A DNA stretch of 64,000 nucleotides. It comes from Candidatus Poribacteria bacterium. Its GTDB lineage: Bacteria > Poribacteria > WGA-4E > WGA-3G. Below, piece by piece: positions 62,640 through 64,000 of the stretch. The stretch lies in contig OZ240248.1 in assembly GCA_965198235.1 (NCBI GenBank), forward strand, positions 736,001 through 800,000. The letters are read 5' to 3'. The first letter of the stretch is position 1, and every line of letters begins with the position of its first letter. Made by a program: the position numbers and the translations under genes. Below the pieces are notes generated by a model. That model did not search any database. It worked only from the letters and a program-made list of their open reading frames with translations, and was not told the origin of the DNA.

Positions 62640-63692
62640 ATGAAAGCAATTGTTTTCTCAGAACAGGGCGGCGCGGAGGTCCTTCAGTACACAGACGTAC
62701 CCAAACCGACGCTTGATACGAATGAGGTGCTGGTTAAAGTCGAAGCCTGTGCGGTGAACTATCTGGATATTCATGCCCGGCGGAACCGCCCCCGAGATAG
62801 AAGCGAAACTCCGTCAAGGGGATACGCCACATATACTCGGCTCCGACATTGCTGGGACAATCACCGAAATTGGTGACACAGTCCGCGGTGTTGCGGTCGA
62901 GGATCGAGTCGTTCTCGCACCCTGTATTCCGTGCGGTATCTGTAGTGACTGCTATCGCGGTGCTGAAAACTTGTGTGACACGCAAGAACTCATCGGTTTC
63001 CAAACAAACGGCGGATACGCAGAATACGTAAAAGCCCCTGCCCAAAACGCTATTCAGATGCCAGCGGCACTGTCATTCGTTAACGCCGCTGCAATGCCGA
63101 TAGCGTATCTCACAGCATGGCATATGTTAATGACGCGTGCGCAGCTTCGCCCTGAGGACGATGTCTTAATTCTCGGCGTAGGCGGTGGTGTCGGGAGCGC
63201 GGGACTACAAATCGCAAATTTAACGGGTGCCAGAGTTTTGCCACAGCGAGCAGCGATGAGAAACTTGAACGTGCCCGGCAGATGGGTGCAGAGGTTACGA
63301 TTAACTACAAAGACATTGATTTTTCGGAGGTCGTGCTTGATGTAACCAACGGACGAGGCGTGGGATGTTGTCCTTGAGCATGTTGGTGCCGCAACGTGGG
63401 ATCAGAGCATCGCGAGTCTTGCGAAAAATGGGAGGCGTCGTTTCGTGTGGTGTGACAACAGGCAACATTGGAACAATTAACATCCGAAAGATGTACCAAA
63501 AGCAACTAACAGTGATGGGCTCCGCCCTCGGCACAGTCCCTGAACTCCGAACGCTTGTCCATCTCGCTGGACAAGGAAAACTGGAACCCCTTTATTGACA
63601 GGATTTTACCACTCCATCGTGCGGGTGAGGCACACCTGCTATTAGAGAACCGCCAAAATTTCGGGAAAATCTGCCTCTGTCCAAATTTTTAA
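62640..63692 (+). CDS. Zinc-binding dehydrogenase/quinone oxidoreductase (MDR family), frameshifted
   Basis: CAVNYLD, HILGSD, CGICSDC...C, GVGGGVG and FGKI spread over several frames. Confidence 0.8.
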
Positions 63693-64000
63693 ATTTAATC
63701 GGTGTTTTTGTTTGGGGTTTCCCCAGATTTCTTCACCAATAGACTCTACAATTTAATTCCAGTTTCTGAAAGCACTTAATTCCGTTTTCTAAATCAAAAC
63801 TTGTAGTTCTGGTACAGACATTATCCTCACCAGAAGTGATGGATTTTTGTATGTTCTTTGTGCTAACTGCTTAATACTTCTTGAAAGTAAAAATAAATTG
63901 TGCTTTTCAATATACAACCTACGTTTTGTCAATACAGAACTGAATTCTCACAGACCGGAGCAGACTTCGTTCAACACGAAATAGGGCTACTATGTATTCG

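Noticed and set aside
56700-63700. Many frameshifts as programmed frameshifting or phase variation
   Set aside because: Indels hit several unrelated genes, often in short homopolymers and without slippery-site or hairpin context, so sequencing error or decay is more likely.
63730-64000. Possible 3' end of a minus-strand gene at the window edge
   Set aside because: Only a short open stretch interrupted by stops is visible, so it cannot be supported.

Overview
Bacterial chromosomal window using genetic code 11. The gene content suggests Candidatus Poribacteria or a similar sponge-type symbiont (inference): LamG, ankyrin, WD40, FG-GAP/ASPIC, C-type lectin and PhyH proteins, a recurrent C-terminal 'V-x(4)-L-x-x-(T/S)-W-x-x-(I/L)-(K/N)' motif, and dense intergenic REP/MITE-like repeats. 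Housekeeping genes are infC (ATA start)-rpmI-rplT, a Phe T-box riboswitch with pheS, aroC, pyrD and pyrB. Main candidates for a second look: (1) a probable polyphosphate module with a divergent VTC/TTM-tunnel protein, a ROK kinase, a CHAD domain split over two genes and an mgtE fragment; (2) an in-frame TGA followed by an fdhF-like SECIS hairpin in a DUF4159-like gene; (3) tandem Rieske-helical paralogues; (4) a PARIS-like ATPase/DUF4435 pair; (5) a C-type lectin array; (6) an intergenic repeat translated in frame inside a protease; (7) MITE ends abutting start codons. About seven abrupt gene-truncating junctions and many indels after 56.7 kb indicate either genome erosion or assembly/sequencing artefacts. 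All family assignments come from motif recognition by eye, not from database searches.
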